A stretch of 64,000 nucleotides of DNA from assembly GCA_963776345.1 (NCBI GenBank), contig CAVZMH010000015.1, positions 352,001 through 416,000 on the forward strand, given 5' to 3'. How positions within the stretch are numbered: position 1 is the first letter of the stretch; each line of letters opens with the position of its first letter. The position numbers and the translations under genes were made by a program. Of this stretch, positions 1-9,894 are shown piece by piece. The notes under the pieces are model-generated. The model was not told where the DNA came from. It did no database searches and was given only the letters and a program-made list of their open reading frames with translations. The DNA is from an uncultured delta proteobacterium. Lineage in GTDB: Bacteria > Myxococcota > Myxococcia > Myxococcales > Myxococcaceae.

Positions 1-197
1 GGTGGTGGTGCCACGGTCGATGGTGGGCAACCCCCGTCGCGACGTCGGGCTGGAGTAGCGCCTCAGCGATCGGCGAAGGCGGCCGCCCCGACGGACTACG
101 TACTCTGCGTGACCCTCGACCGCCGAGGAACCGTCGAGTCAGTCGAGATGGAGAGCTGACCCTCGACGCTCGGGCGCTGCGGGCCGGATGCCCCGAA

Positions 198-257
198 CTG
201 GTCAGGCAAGTTCCCTGTCTATTTCTCGAAGATAGTTAGGAAACCTACCTGACTATT
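198..257. promoter_or_regulatory. two tandem 25-bp imperfect palindromes (putative operator pair)
   Basis: CTGGTCAGG-caagttc-CCTGTCTAT and ATAGTTAGG-aaaccta-CCTGACTAT in an AT-richer intergenic patch. Confidence 0.4.
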
Positions 258-489
258 CCTGGCCCCGGCGCGGACGCTCCCGCCCATGGTCTTTCTGGAC
301 GGCTGCGCCGCCGCAAGCAGCTCGGGCACGGCAAGGAACGCCGGGAGGCCTCGGGACGGCGCCGAGGCGGGGTGCGGTACCTCTCGCCCAGCCGACCCGC
401 GTCCCCTCGAGGCGGGAGTGATCCCGCCCCGAGGCGCCGGACTCGAGCTCGCGCGACGCTGCCCGGATGCGCGATGTCGAGACCCTGGA

Positions 490-798
490 CTACTGGTGCC
501 GCGCGTTGTGCTTCGCGGCGTAGATGCGCCGGCTCTCCCGGTTCTCCTGCCGGTTGATGCTCCGCCGCTCGGCCCCGGTCAGCTTGCCGCCGTTGGCTGC
601 GCGGTCACGGGCGATCTCGTTGTCGATCCGGCCCTCCTGCCTCTCCAGCCGGGACGTCTCGCCGGGGGTGAGCTGGCCGCTCTGCACGCCCTCGCCGATG
701 CGCTCCTGCTGCCGGGCCTCGCGGCGATCCACCTCGGCCGCCATGGCCAGCGACGACAGCGCGGTCACCACCAGAATCGTCCTGATCATCGTCTTCAC
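490..798 (-). CDS. secreted hypothetical protein (Arg/Gln/Glu-rich, helical)
   Basis: Signal peptide MKTMIRTILVVTALSSLAMA; repeated RQE.RI-type motifs; GC3-rich codons. Confidence 0.75.
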   Translation of the reverse strand: MKTMIRTILVVTALSSLAMAAEVDRREARQQERIGEGVQSGQLTPGETSRLERQEGRIDNEIARDRAANGGKLTGAERRSINRQENRESRRIYAAKHNARHQ

Positions 799-915
799 CG
801 GTTCGTTCTCCTGACAGCGAGAGCGGCGCGACGCCGTGCCCGTTCGGAGGATCGAACCCGTTCGGCATGCGAACGTTGCGGGGCCGCCGCCGTGTCGCCG
901 GCGACCCTCGGGCGT

Positions 916-2206
916 TCAGCGTGCGGGTGGGACGATGACCACCCCTTCCTTCATCACGAAGCTGACCCGCTCGGTCGCGGTGATGTCCTTCAGCGGGTCG
1001 TCCTTCATCCCCACCAGGTCGGCGTAGGCGCCGGGAGCGAGCGTGCCCAGCTCGGATTCCTTCCCCAGGAGCGCCGCCGCGGTGACGGTGCGCCGAGCGG
1101 AGCGCCTGCCACGGCGTCATCCCCCGCTCGACGTAGCGCTTGAACTCCTTCGCTTCGTTGAGCTTGGCCCAGGGGAACCCGCCGGCGTCGGTGCCGAGGG
1201 CGATGGGCACCCCGCGCGCGAGCGCGCGCCGGAACGACTCGTCCGACGCCTTGGCGATCGCGCTCCAGATGGGGTTGGTCTTGCTCCGGGGCGCGTCGAC
1301 GTACGCGATGACGGTCAGCGTCGGCGACAGGTAGACCTTCTTCTGCGCCATCTGCTTCGCGGTCGCCTCGTCGATCACCTGCCCGTGCTCGATGGAGTCG
1401 ACGCCCGCCGCCAGCGCGATGGCGTGCCCGGTGGGCGTGATGCTGTGCGCCGCGACGCGCCGGTTGCGTCCGGTGCGCCTGGTCGACGATGGCCTTCAGC
1501 TCCTCCTGCGGTGAAGTTGGGCAGGCTGCGGATCTGCCCGTCGGGCCGCTTGTAGTAGCCGCGGTCGGCGTAGACCTTGATCCAGTCCGCGCCGTGGGCG
1601 ATCTGGTCCCGCACCGCCTGCCGGCAGGCGTCGGGCCCGTCGCAGAGCTGGACCCCCTTGGGCATCTCCAGCTGCCAGGAGTAGGTGGTGCCGCCGAGAC
1701 CGTAGGCGCCGGTCGGGGCGAGCGCCTTGGTGGCCACGAAGAGCCGCGGGCCGACGATGATGCCCGCCGCGACCGCCTCTCTTCAGATCCACGTCGGCGA
1801 AGCCGGCGCCCTCGTTCCCGATGTCCCGGAGCGTGGTGAAGCCGTGCTCGAGCGCGATGCGCATCGCCCGGGTCGCCCGGAGCGCCCGGTACGGCAGCGA
1901 CTCCTTGAGGATCTGCTCGTCGTACTCGACGTCGGTCGGGTCGCCCTGGAGCATCACGTGGGTGTGGGTGTCGATGAAGCCGGGCGAGACCGTCAGGCCC
2001 GAGGCGTCCACCACCTGGGCTCCGGCGGGCACCGCGTCGCCCACAGACCGGATGCGCCCACCCTGGACGACCACCACGGCCCCGGCGCGCACCTTCTGGG
2101 TGGCCGGGTCGAGGAGCCGTCCGGTCTTCACCGCGATGACCGGACCCTGCTGCTGCCCGAGCGCGCCTCCGCACACGAGCGCTGCCACCCACGCCACGAT
2201 CCGCAT
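916..2206 (-). CDS. metal-dependent amidohydrolase (Xaa-Pro dipeptidase-like), secreted; frameshifted in this sequence
   Basis: PGFIDTHTH, GFTTLRD, GADWIKVY, GVPIALGTDAG and PGAYADLV motifs spread over ORFs 1496-2206, 1375-1737, 605-1378 and a final frame ending in TGA at 916-918. Confidence 0.85.
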
Positions 2207-2285
2207 GTGCCCTCCCCTTCCCTGGTCGAGAAACTCCCGGGGAGGAGTGTGGCACGCCCCGAGGGGTCAGCTCACTCCCGGAACG

Positions 2286-2989
2286 TCACTCCGGCGTCGC
2301 CTGGACGATGAAGCGCTGGGGCGCCGAGCCCACGAAGTAGAACGGGTAGCAGGTGACCAGGGTGAGCCGGGTGCCGCGCGTGGGGGCGAGGACGCGCACG
2401 TCGTCGGGCTTCACGATCGATAGCCGCTCCACCCGAAAGCGACGCACCTCGCCCGGGAGGGCCAGCTCCATCTCGTCTCCCTCGGCGATGTCCTTCAGCA
2501 CGCGGAAGAAGCCGTCGCGGTGGCCGGCGATGCCCACGTTCCCCGTGTGGCCCGGGCGGGCGGTTCCCTCGATGTGGCCCACCGCGCGATCGAGCGTCCA
2601 CTCGTCGGTACCCTCGAGCACCGGCACCTCGAGCCGGAGCCGCGGGATGCGCAGCACGGCCAGCGGCGGGGGCGCGGGACGGGTCAGCGCATGCGCGTAG
2701 GCCAGGATCCGTCGCCCGTCCCAGAGGCTCTGGTCGATCTCGAGGCCGGGGGCTCCGGCCGTCGTGGGCGTGGGCGCGGCGGCCGTCGTGGGCACGGGCG
2801 CGGCGGCCGTCCGGCCCGCTCCGCCTCGTGGAAGGCGGCGAGCGCTCGCCGCTCGGAGGCCCAGGCGAGGCCACGGGCCCCGGCCCAGCTCACTCCGAGC
2901 ACCGCGGCCAGCACCCAGGCCACCCGCTCCACGCGGCGGAGGCGGCGAGACCAGGGATCTCGCCGCTCCAGCGTCGACTCCGAGCCCAA
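2286..2989 (-). CDS. class D-like sortase (frameshift near 2810-2820)
   Basis: N-terminal TM anchor (ORF 2684-2989); catalytic motifs IAGHRDGFF, LTLVTCYPF and downstream Arg (QRFIV) in ORF 2286-2795. Confidence 0.9.
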
Positions 2990-3014
2990 CCCTTCCCTCC
3001 TCCTCCGCGATGGC

Positions 3015-3708
3015 CTACAGGGCCCTGCGGACCGCCCGGAGCGTCGCCCCGATTCCCGCGGAGAGCGCGGCGAGGAGCCCGACGAGCGGCAACGGGCTCG
3101 CGGTCTTGGGCATCCGAGCAGGCGCCGCGGCCACCGCGACGGGCTCCTCTGCAGGAGCGACCGCCTTGGCCTTGACGCTGCGCTGGGCGATCTGCTGCGG
3201 CGGCAGCGTGGTGACGAAGGTCCCCGTCAGGTGCTCGCCCTTCTTCACGCTGCGCAGCAAGACCTCCTTGCCGTCCTTGACGAAGTAGACGTCGTTCCCG
3301 TCGGGGTCCTTGAAGTTGTAGCTCTTGAGGTCGCCCTTCTGGTCCTTCAGCACGATGCCGCCCGGGGCGACCTGCATCACGGTGCCCGAGACGACCCGGG
3401 TGACGGTGACCTGGCGGGTGGTCACCTTGTCGGTGATCACAGCGCCGATCATCATCCCCGGTTTGATCTGGTCGACGCCGACGTCCTTGCCATCGAGCTG
3501 GAACTTGAAGCCGTCGGGAACGGTGTACTCGTGAGTCGCCGTCGGCCTCCTTCAGCACGACCTTGTTCCCGGAGACCGCCTGGACCTCTCCTCTCTTGAC
3601 CGTTTGGGTGACCTTCGTGCTCTCCGTGGTGGTGGCCGTCTGCGCCAGCGCGACAGGAGTGAGCGCGAGCGACAGAAGGCAGGCAGCGAATCTCGACTGA
3701 CGTGACAT
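3015..3708 (-). CDS. putative sortase substrate with C-terminal MPKTA sorting signal (frameshift near 3535)
   Basis: Signal peptide MSRQSRFAACLLSLALTPVALA; C-terminus MPKTASPLPLVGLLAALSAGIGATLRAVRRAL = (L/M)PxTA + hydrophobic helix + basic tail; directly upstream of sortase. Confidence 0.8.
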
Positions 3709-3822
3709 AGGGCGGGCCCTCCCTCCGGACCCAAAGAGCCCATGGGCGGTGGAAGCACCGCTCTGGGGCCCGAACAGTCCATAACCCTCGCGGAATCCAC
3801 GGGAAGATAGCCCTTTTGGGGC

Positions 3823-3838
3823 GGGTCATCAATGACCC
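3823..3838. promoter_or_regulatory. perfect inverted repeat GGGTCAT-ca-ATGACCC (possible operator)
   Basis: Lies in the divergent intergenic region between the sortase substrate and the response regulator. Confidence 0.3.
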
Positions 3839-3950
3839 ATACCGGCCGTCCTGCCGTTCAGCCGTTTGCTGCCGGAAACGGCGCAAGCCGTGCGCTGGGC
3901 CCCGACCCGCCCGCGGCGCAGACTGATCGCCGAGGGGGAAGGAGTCGAGC

Positions 3951-4343
3951 GTGATGGCGAAGACCCTCCTCATCGTCGAGGACGACGCGTTTCAGCGCGA
4001 GCTGCTCTGCACCCTTCTGGAGGCGCACGGCTACGCCTGCATCGGCGTCGAGGACGGGCAGCGCGCGCTCGAGGTGCTGGCCGGCGAGCAGAACCCCGAC
4101 GCGGTGGTGCTGGACATGGTGCTCCCGCGGCTCAACGGGCACGAGTTCCTCCAGGAGCTCGGGGCGCGCGGGGAGCGGCGTCTCGGGGTGGTGGTGGTGA
4201 GCGGGTTCGGACCGGTGTCTCGCTTCGCGGAGCGGCTGCCGCTGGTTCGGGCGGTGGTGCAGAAGCCGGTGGACCTCGATGCGCTGCTCGAGGCGGTACA
4301 GAGCTGCGTCGGCGAGGGAGCCACCCCGACCGCGCAGCACTGA
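3951..4343 (+). CDS. single-domain response regulator (receiver)
   Basis: LIVEDD, LDMVLPRLNG (phospho-Asp), VVVSG, QKPVD motifs. Confidence 0.9.
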   Translation: MMAKTLLIVEDDAFQRELLCTLLEAHGYACIGVEDGQRALEVLAGEQNPDAVVLDMVLPRLNGHEFLQELGARGERRLGVVVVSGFGPVSRFAERLPLVRAVVQKPVDLDALLEAVQSCVGEGATPTAQH

Positions 4344-4485
4344 GCGGCCGGTTCGTCCGTGCGCGGCGCCCGAGCGGTGTACGCGCCGCTCGCACGCGGA
4401 CTCCCCTGGACGCGCCGGAAACGCCCGGCCCGGCAGCGGCGGCGCTGCCGGCTGAGCGAGCGCCGGGCCTAGACTCGACCGGGCG

Positions 4486-5059
4486 ATGACCCTCTCCCGC
4501 CCCACGCTCGCCGGACTCGCGCTCGTGCTCGGCCCTCGCCGGGTGCGATCTCGGAGCGTCGAGCGGGCCGGGAGACGGCGGGCCCACGCCGTCGGACCCC
4601 ACGACCGACCTCGCCCGGGTGGCGCTCCAGGCGCACGACCAGGTGCGGGCCAGCGCCACGCCCACCCCCAGCCCGGCGCTCCCCACCATGCAGTGGTCCG
4701 ACCAGGTCCAGGCCGTGGCCGCGCAGTGGGCGGCGAACTGCGTGTACCAGCACAACGCCGGCCGCGGGAACCTGGGGGAGAACATCGCCGCCAGCTCCCA
4801 GGGCTACTGGCTCACCATCGCTGGCGTGGTGCAGGCCTGGGCGTCCGAGGCCACCGACTACGACTACGCCTCGAACAGCTGCGCCGCGGGGAAGGTCTGC
4901 GGCCACTACACGCAGATCGTCTGGCGAAGCAGCACCCTGCTCGGCTGCGCCTATGCGCGCTGCACCCAGAACTCGCCCTTCAGCGGGGTCTCCACCTGGG
5001 ACTTCTGGGTCTGCGACTACAGCCCTCCCGGGAACTGGGTCGGCGAGCGTCCGTACTGA
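4486..5059 (+). CDS. CAP/SCP-domain (PR-1-like) lipoprotein (frameshift near 4530)
   Basis: GENIA, CGHYTQIVW, LGCA, WVCDYSPPGNWVGERPY; lipobox LAGC restored across the indel. Confidence 0.85.
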
Positions 5060-5125
5060 GGCTCGAAGCCGCACCGCAGGCTGACGTAGCATGCGCCGCC
5101 ACCCCGTTGAACGAGGAGGTCCCCG

Positions 5126-6823
5126 GTGCGCTCCGTCTGCACGTTGCTGGTCCTCGTCGTCGGCTGCGCCGGAGGTTCCGCCGCGCCTCCCCCCCAGGCC
5201 GCTGCGGCTGCTGCGAAGACGCCGCCGGCTCCGCCGGTGCCCGCCTCGGTCCTCGCGCTCGCCCAGGGGGCGCAGCCGTTCGACGACCTCGGCACGCACA
5301 GCCGGCCGGTGGGCACCGCCTCGCCCGAGGCGCAGCGCTACTTCGACCAGGGGCTCCGGCTGGCGTACGGCTTCAACCACGACGAGTCGACCCGTTCGTT
5401 CGCCCGTGCGGCGGAGCTCGACCCGGGCTGCGCCGCGTGCCTGTGGGGCGTCGCCTGGACGCTGGGCCCCAACTACAACGTGCCGATGCTCCCCGACCGG
5501 GCGCAGGCGGCGTGGGACGCGCTGCAGGCGGCCCGCGAGAGAGCGACGACCGCCCGCCCCGTGGAGCAGGCCCTCATCACCGCGCTCGCCTCCCGCTACA
5601 AGGGGCCCCAGCCGGTGGACCCGGCAGGGCAGCAGCCGATGAACGAGGCCTTCGCCGGCGCGATGCGAGAGGTCGCGAAGGCCCACCCGGACGACGACGA
5701 CGTGCAGGTCATCTTCGCCGAGTCGATGATGGACGTGAACCCGTGGCACCTCTGGACGCTCGACGGCAAGCCGGCCGCCGGCACCGAGGAGATCGTCGCC
5801 ACGCTGGAGCGGGTGCTGGCCCGCTCCCCGCAGCACCCTGGCGCGAACCACTACTACATCCATGCGGTGGAGGCATCCCGCAGCCCAGACAAGGCCGTGC
5901 CCTCGGCGGAGCGCCTCCCCGGCCTGATGCCGGCGGCGGGACACATCGTCCACATGCCGGCGCACATCTTCCAGCGCGTGGGCCGGTACGGCGATGCGTC
6001 CGAGGCGAACCGCCGCGCCATCCGCGCCGACGAGGCGTACCTCACCCGGACGAAGCCGCCCGGCTACTACGCGATGTACCTCGGCCACAACCACGGCTTC
6101 CTCGCCTACTCGGCGTCGATGCTCGGCCGCTCCGAGGAGTCGCTCCGGGCGGCGCGCGAGGCGACCAAGGCCATTCCTCCCGGGATGCTGGACATGATGC
6201 CCGGCATGGACTTCTTCGCCGCCGAGCACCTGCTGGTGATGGTGCGCTTCGGGAAGTGGAAGGAGCTGCTCGCCGAGCCGCGGCCGCCCGAGAAGTACCC
6301 CAACCTCACCGCGCTGTGGCTCCACGCGCGGGGCATGGCGCTCGCCTCCACCGGCAAGACCCGCGAGGCCCAGAAGGCGATGCGCGAGCTCCGGACCCTG
6401 GCCACGAAGCTGCCGCCGGACCTCCTCGCCGGCCAGAACCCGGCCTCGGCCATGTGCCGCCTGGGCGCGGACGCGATCGAGGCCCGGATCGCCGAGCGGG
6501 CCCGGCGCTGGAGGCCTGCGCTCGCCGCGTGGCAGCGGGCGGTCGTCCAGGAGGACGGGTTCGCCTACAACGAGCCGGCGGACTGGTTCTACCCGATGCG
6601 GCACTACCTGGGCGCTGCCCTGCTGGACGCGAAGAAGCCGAAGGAGGCCGAGACCGTCTTCCGCCAGGACCTCGAGCGCAACCCGAACAACGGCTGGGCG
6701 CTCTACGGGCTCGCGGCGTCCCTCTCCGCGCAGGGCAAGAAGGACGAGGCCAGCGCCACCCGGAAGAAGTTCGACCAGGCGTGGAAGGACGCCGACATCA
6801 AGCTGACCCGCGCTGCGCGGTGA
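5126..6823 (+). CDS. TPR-repeat lipoprotein
   Basis: Lipobox VVGC; YFDQGLRLAYGFNH, HPGANHYYIHAVE, GHIVHMPAHIF, PNNGWALYGL motifs of a widespread TPR family. Confidence 0.8.
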   Translation: MRSVCTLLVLVVGCAGGSAAPPPQAAAAAAKTPPAPPVPASVLALAQGAQPFDDLGTHSRPVGTASPEAQRYFDQGLRLAYGFNHDESTRSFARAAELDPGCAACLWGVAWTLGPNYNVPMLPDRAQAAWDALQAARERATTARPVEQALITALASRYKGPQPVDPAGQQPMNEAFAGAMREVAKAHPDDDDVQVIFAESMMDVNPWHLWTLDGKPAAGTEEIVATLERVLARSPQHPGANHYYIHAVEASRSPDKAVPSAERLPGLMPAAGHIVHMPAHIFQRVGRYGDASEANRRAIRADEAYLTRTKPPGYYAMYLGHNHGFLAYSASMLGRSEESLRAAREATKAIPPGMLDMMPGMDFFAAEHLLVMVRFGKWKELLAEPRPPEKYPNLTALWLHARGMALASTGKTREAQKAMRELRTLATKLPPDLLAGQNPASAMCRLGADAIEARIAERARRWRPALAAWQRAVVQEDGFAYNEPADWFYPMRHYLGAALLDAKKPKEAETVFRQDLERNPNNGWALYGLAASLSAQGKKDEASATRKKFDQAWKDADIKLTRAAR

Positions 6824-6842
6824 GCCTCATCGGCGCGGCGCC

Positions 6843-7439
6843 TCAGCGCGCCGACATCATGAGCGCGAGCACCGTCGCGACCTCGGCGTCCGCCCAGGTG
6901 GTGAGGATGGTCGGCAGCGTCACGCCCACCTGGATGAGCCCGCCACCGCAGGTCCTCGGCCCGACGTAGGCCTGGCCCTGGAAGCGGATGTCGTAACCGC
7001 AGCGCCCGAAGCTCCCGTTGATCCGCGCCCTGCTGATGGTAACGGTGGACGGAGTCCCGCCGATCAACCCGCTCACTGCCATCCCGTCGGGGCCCGGCGT
7101 GACGCGGATGCTGAAGGGCGTGCGGCCGACGATTCCGTCCGCGGCGTCGGCGGTCACCGTGAGGTTCACGTCCCGCCCGAACGCCTTGCCGCGCCAGGCC
7201 GTGACTCCGCCCTGGCCAGGGTAGCGGCCGAGGTTCACGTCCGGACCCTGGATGCCGGTCTCGGTCACGAGCTCCACGATTGGCTCCCGGATGCCGGTCA
7301 GCACGAAGCGTCCGCTCTCGGGCAACGCGCTCGCCTCGGGGGGCATGACATCCGGCGGCGGGAGCGGCTCCTCGTGCGCACAGGACAGGAGGACGGAGGA
7401 GACCACCACCAAGAGGAACTCGAGTCCGGAGCGCCGCAT
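6843..7439 (-). CDS. hypothetical lipoprotein
   Basis: Lipobox LLSC; GC3-biased; co-oriented with upstream genes. Confidence 0.65.
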   Translation of the reverse strand: MRRSGLEFLLVVVSSVLLSCAHEEPLPPPDVMPPEASALPESGRFVLTGIREPIVELVTETGIQGPDVNLGRYPGQGGVTAWRGKAFGRDVNLTVTADAADGIVGRTPFSIRVTPGPDGMAVSGLIGGTPSTVTISRARINGSFGRCGYDIRFQGQAYVGPRTCGGGLIQVGVTLPTILTTWADAEVATVLALMMSAR

Positions 7440-7448
7440 GCCCGGACC

Positions 7449-7814
7449 CTAACGGCGGTCCCTGCGATCGACCACCGCGTTGAGGATGGCACGCGTCACC
7501 CCGATGACCAGGGCGCCCAGGAAGGCGGGGACGAAGCCGTCGACGTGAAGGCCGAGGCCCAGAGAACGCGCCGCGGCGCCCGTCACCCAGAGGAGAATCG
7601 CGTTGATCACCAGGGCGAAGAGCCCGAGGGTGATGAAGGTCACCGGAAGGGCGAGCAGCCGCAGGATGCCGCCCAGCACCGCGTTCACCAGCCCGAACAG
7701 CAGCGCCACCAGGAGGAGCGCCGGAAGCGGGCCCACGTAGCTCAGGCCGCTCACCAGCTGGGTGGCGACCCAGAAGGCGACCGCGGTCACCACCAGGTGA
7801 AGGAGAAAGCGCAT
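7449..7814 (-). CDS. 4-TM phage holin family (YvlD/DUF360-like) membrane protein
   Basis: FGLVNA..LRLLALPVTFITLGLFALVINAILLW pattern. Confidence 0.85.
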   Translation of the reverse strand: MRFLLHLVVTAVAFWVATQLVSGLSYVGPLPALLLVALLFGLVNAVLGGILRLLALPVTFITLGLFALVINAILLWVTGAAARSLGLGLHVDGFVPAFLGALVIGVTRAILNAVVDRRDRR

Positions 7815-7859
7815 GGTCCCCTCCTGCGCGCCCCGGGAGCGCACCGGGTCGTCCGGCGG

Positions 7860-8150
7860 TCAGTGGCCGCCGGGCGCGACGCTTACCAGATCCTGCTCGT
7901 CCGGGTGCCGTTCCAGCCACTTCTTGACGAAGGGACAGGTCGGCACGACCCGCATGCCGTTCTGGCGGGCCCAGTCGAAGGCGGCCTTCGCCAGCTTCCC
8001 CCCGATTCCCTGGCCGGCGGCCGCATCGGGCACGCCGGTGTGGAGCAGATCCAGCGTCCGTCCTCCCAGCGGGCGGTAGACCAGCTCCGCGGTGCCGCCG
8101 GCCACCTCGAGGAAGAAACGGTGCCGTTTCGGGTCGTGCTCGACGTCCAT
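7860..8150 (-). CDS. GNAT N-acetyltransferase (YjdJ-like)
   Basis: HTGVPDAAAGQGIGGKL ... VVPTCPFV signature. Confidence 0.85.
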   Translation of the reverse strand: MDVEHDPKRHRFFLEVAGGTAELVYRPLGGRTLDLLHTGVPDAAAGQGIGGKLAKAAFDWARQNGMRVVPTCPFVKKWLERHPDEQDLVSVAPGGH

Positions 8151-8231
8151 CGGGCTCCTCCGCGGAGCCCGACACGCTCGGACAGCGGCCACCCCCGCGT
8201 CAACCTGCGACGGCGAGGGTGGCCCGCCAGC

Positions 8232-8807
8232 TCACCTCCCCGGCGTGGGCGCCGCGGCGTCGGCGGTGGCGCTCGCAGGCGGCGTCGGCTGCGGGACCCG
8301 GTTCTTCACCGCCGGCACCGTGCGCAGGTACGCGAAGACCGCCTTCAGGTCCTGATCGGTGAGCTTGCCGATCATCTCCCAGGGCATGGGCGGGAGGATG
8401 GGCCGACCCCGTCCCATGTGCCGGCCGGTGCGCATGGTGTCGAGGAAGTTCTGATCCGTCCACGCGCCCAGGCCCGTCTCGCGGTCGGGGGTGAGGTTCG
8501 CGGTGTAGCTGATGCCCCACGGACCGGACCAGGCGGTCATGGTCCCGACGGTGGCCGCCATCCACGGCCCCTGGAGCACGGGGGCGGGCGTCACCGGCAT
8601 CTGCTCGGGGTGGCCCGAGAGGAGCCGCTCGGTGTCGAGCTCGGGGCCCTTCGGCCCCATCTTCTTCGGGGTGTGGCAGTCGTGGCAGCCGCCGAACATG
8701 ACCAAATATTCGCCGCGCTTCACCTGCGAGGTTGCGGTGGTGCCCGGTGCGGCGAGGGCGAGCGAGGACATCGAGAGAGCAACGAGCAGCGTCTTCTTCT
8801 GGGTCAC
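8232..8807 (-). CDS. periplasmic cytochrome c (c-553-like)
   Basis: Signal peptide; RGEYLV..GGCHDCH; GPWGISYTANLTPD; MPW axial Met; only one CXXCH. Confidence 0.85.
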   Translation of the reverse strand: MTQKKTLLVALSMSSLALAAPGTTATSQVKRGEYLVMFGGCHDCHTPKKMGPKGPELDTERLLSGHPEQMPVTPAPVLQGPWMAATVGTMTAWSGPWGISYTANLTPDRETGLGAWTDQNFLDTMRTGRHMGRGRPILPPMPWEMIGKLTDQDLKAVFAYLRTVPAVKNRVPQPTPPASATADAAAPTPGR

Positions 8808-9808
8808 GGCGTTCTCCTGTCTGCGAGTGAGTGAATCCAGCGCTCGAGGAGCGCGAGGGCATCCCGGTCGGGCTTCTCGGTCCCGAGCGGAGGCATCTGG
8901 TCGAGCGGGTCGCGTGCGCCCATGCGGCGGAAGAGCACGCTGTGCTCGGGCTGACCCGGCTGGAGCCGCATCTCGGCTCCGCCCACCGGCCGGAGCGCGC
9001 GCACCGCGAGCACCGAGGCGCGGGTCCGCTCGACAGAGGTCCGGCCCTCGGACACGCTCTGGAGCAGGTCCAGGCCGATGCCGGCCATCGGCCCCTGCCG
9101 GTTGTGGCAGACACCGCAGTTGGCGTGGAGGTAGCCCAGCGCCGCGCGCTCGTCGGCCGAGCTGGCCGCGATGCGGGGTGGCGCGCTCCGCAGCGACGAC
9201 GGCAGTCCGCGGAGGAGACCGCGGTCAAGGAGGTCCTCGAGGTGCACCTCGGCGTGCGCGGGGTGGGCGTGCGGCGCGCCCGGGTCGCGGTCAGACGAGA
9301 GCTGGAGCGCGGTGAAGCCGAGCACCGGGTTGGGCTGACCCTCGTGGCAGGCCCGGCAGTCGGCAGTGCCGGGAATCGCCCAGCGTCCGCCCGAGGGGAG
9401 GGCGACGCTCACGCCCGCGGGCGGCGCGAGCTCCGCGTCGGTGCCGTCCTCCGTCCAGACGTAGGCCGCGAACCGCCAGCCCTCGCGGGTGCGCTCGAGC
9501 ATCCGCGTCTCCAGCCGCCGGCCGAGGGTGAACTCCTTCCACAGCCGCGTCCCCACCGGGAAGACCCAGCGGTCCGGGTCGCGGGCGTCGATGCGCGTTC
9601 CCCTGGGGAGGCGGATCCACCGACGCTTCTCCGCCCCGTCGCTCCACAGCGGGTACTGCGGGCTGAAGGGGAGCACGTCGGCGGCGATCTCGTCGGTGCC
9701 CCCCGCGTAGAGGCCGGTGTCCCGGAGGTGCGAGGGGAGCTGGGCCGCGGCGTGCGCCGCCGGAGCGAGCGCCGCGAGCAGCGTGAGAAGTGTCTGGAGA
9801 CGCGCCAT
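8804..9808 (-). CDS. secreted diheme cytochrome c (SO2930-like)
   Basis: PQYPLWSDGAEKRRWI, FPVGTRLWKEF, CRACH, YLHANCGVCH, QMPP. Confidence 0.8.
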   Translation of the reverse strand: MARLQTLLTLLAALAPAAHAAAQLPSHLRDTGLYAGGTDEIAADVLPFSPQYPLWSDGAEKRRWIRLPRGTRIDARDPDRWVFPVGTRLWKEFTLGRRLETRMLERTREGWRFAAYVWTEDGTDAELAPPAGVSVALPSGGRWAIPGTADCRACHEGQPNPVLGFTALQLSSDRDPGAPHAHPAHAEVHLEDLLDRGLLRGLPSSLRSAPPRIAASSADERAALGYLHANCGVCHNRQGPMAGIGLDLLQSVSEGRTSVERTRASVLAVRALRPVGGAEMRLQPGQPEHSVLFRRMGARDPLDQMPPLGTEKPDRDALALLERWIHSLADRRTP

Positions 9809-9894
9809 CGGTGCCGCGCGTTGTGCCAGCGGCAACCGATCTGCGTTTCCTAAACAGTCCCTAAATCGGTCTCAAGGGACCCCAGGTGCTGCTT

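Noticed and set aside
1..159. 3' end of a plus-strand CDS (…TDYVLCVTLDRRGTVESVEMES*)
   Set aside because: Truncated by the window edge with an ambiguous frame; no product can be supported.
7449..7814. Holin as a prophage marker
   Set aside because: This 4-TM family is commonly chromosomal, and no phage genes are nearby.
9813..9828. sigma54 promoter TGGCAC upstream of the diheme cytochrome
   Set aside because: The GC dinucleotide is not at the required spacing from GG.
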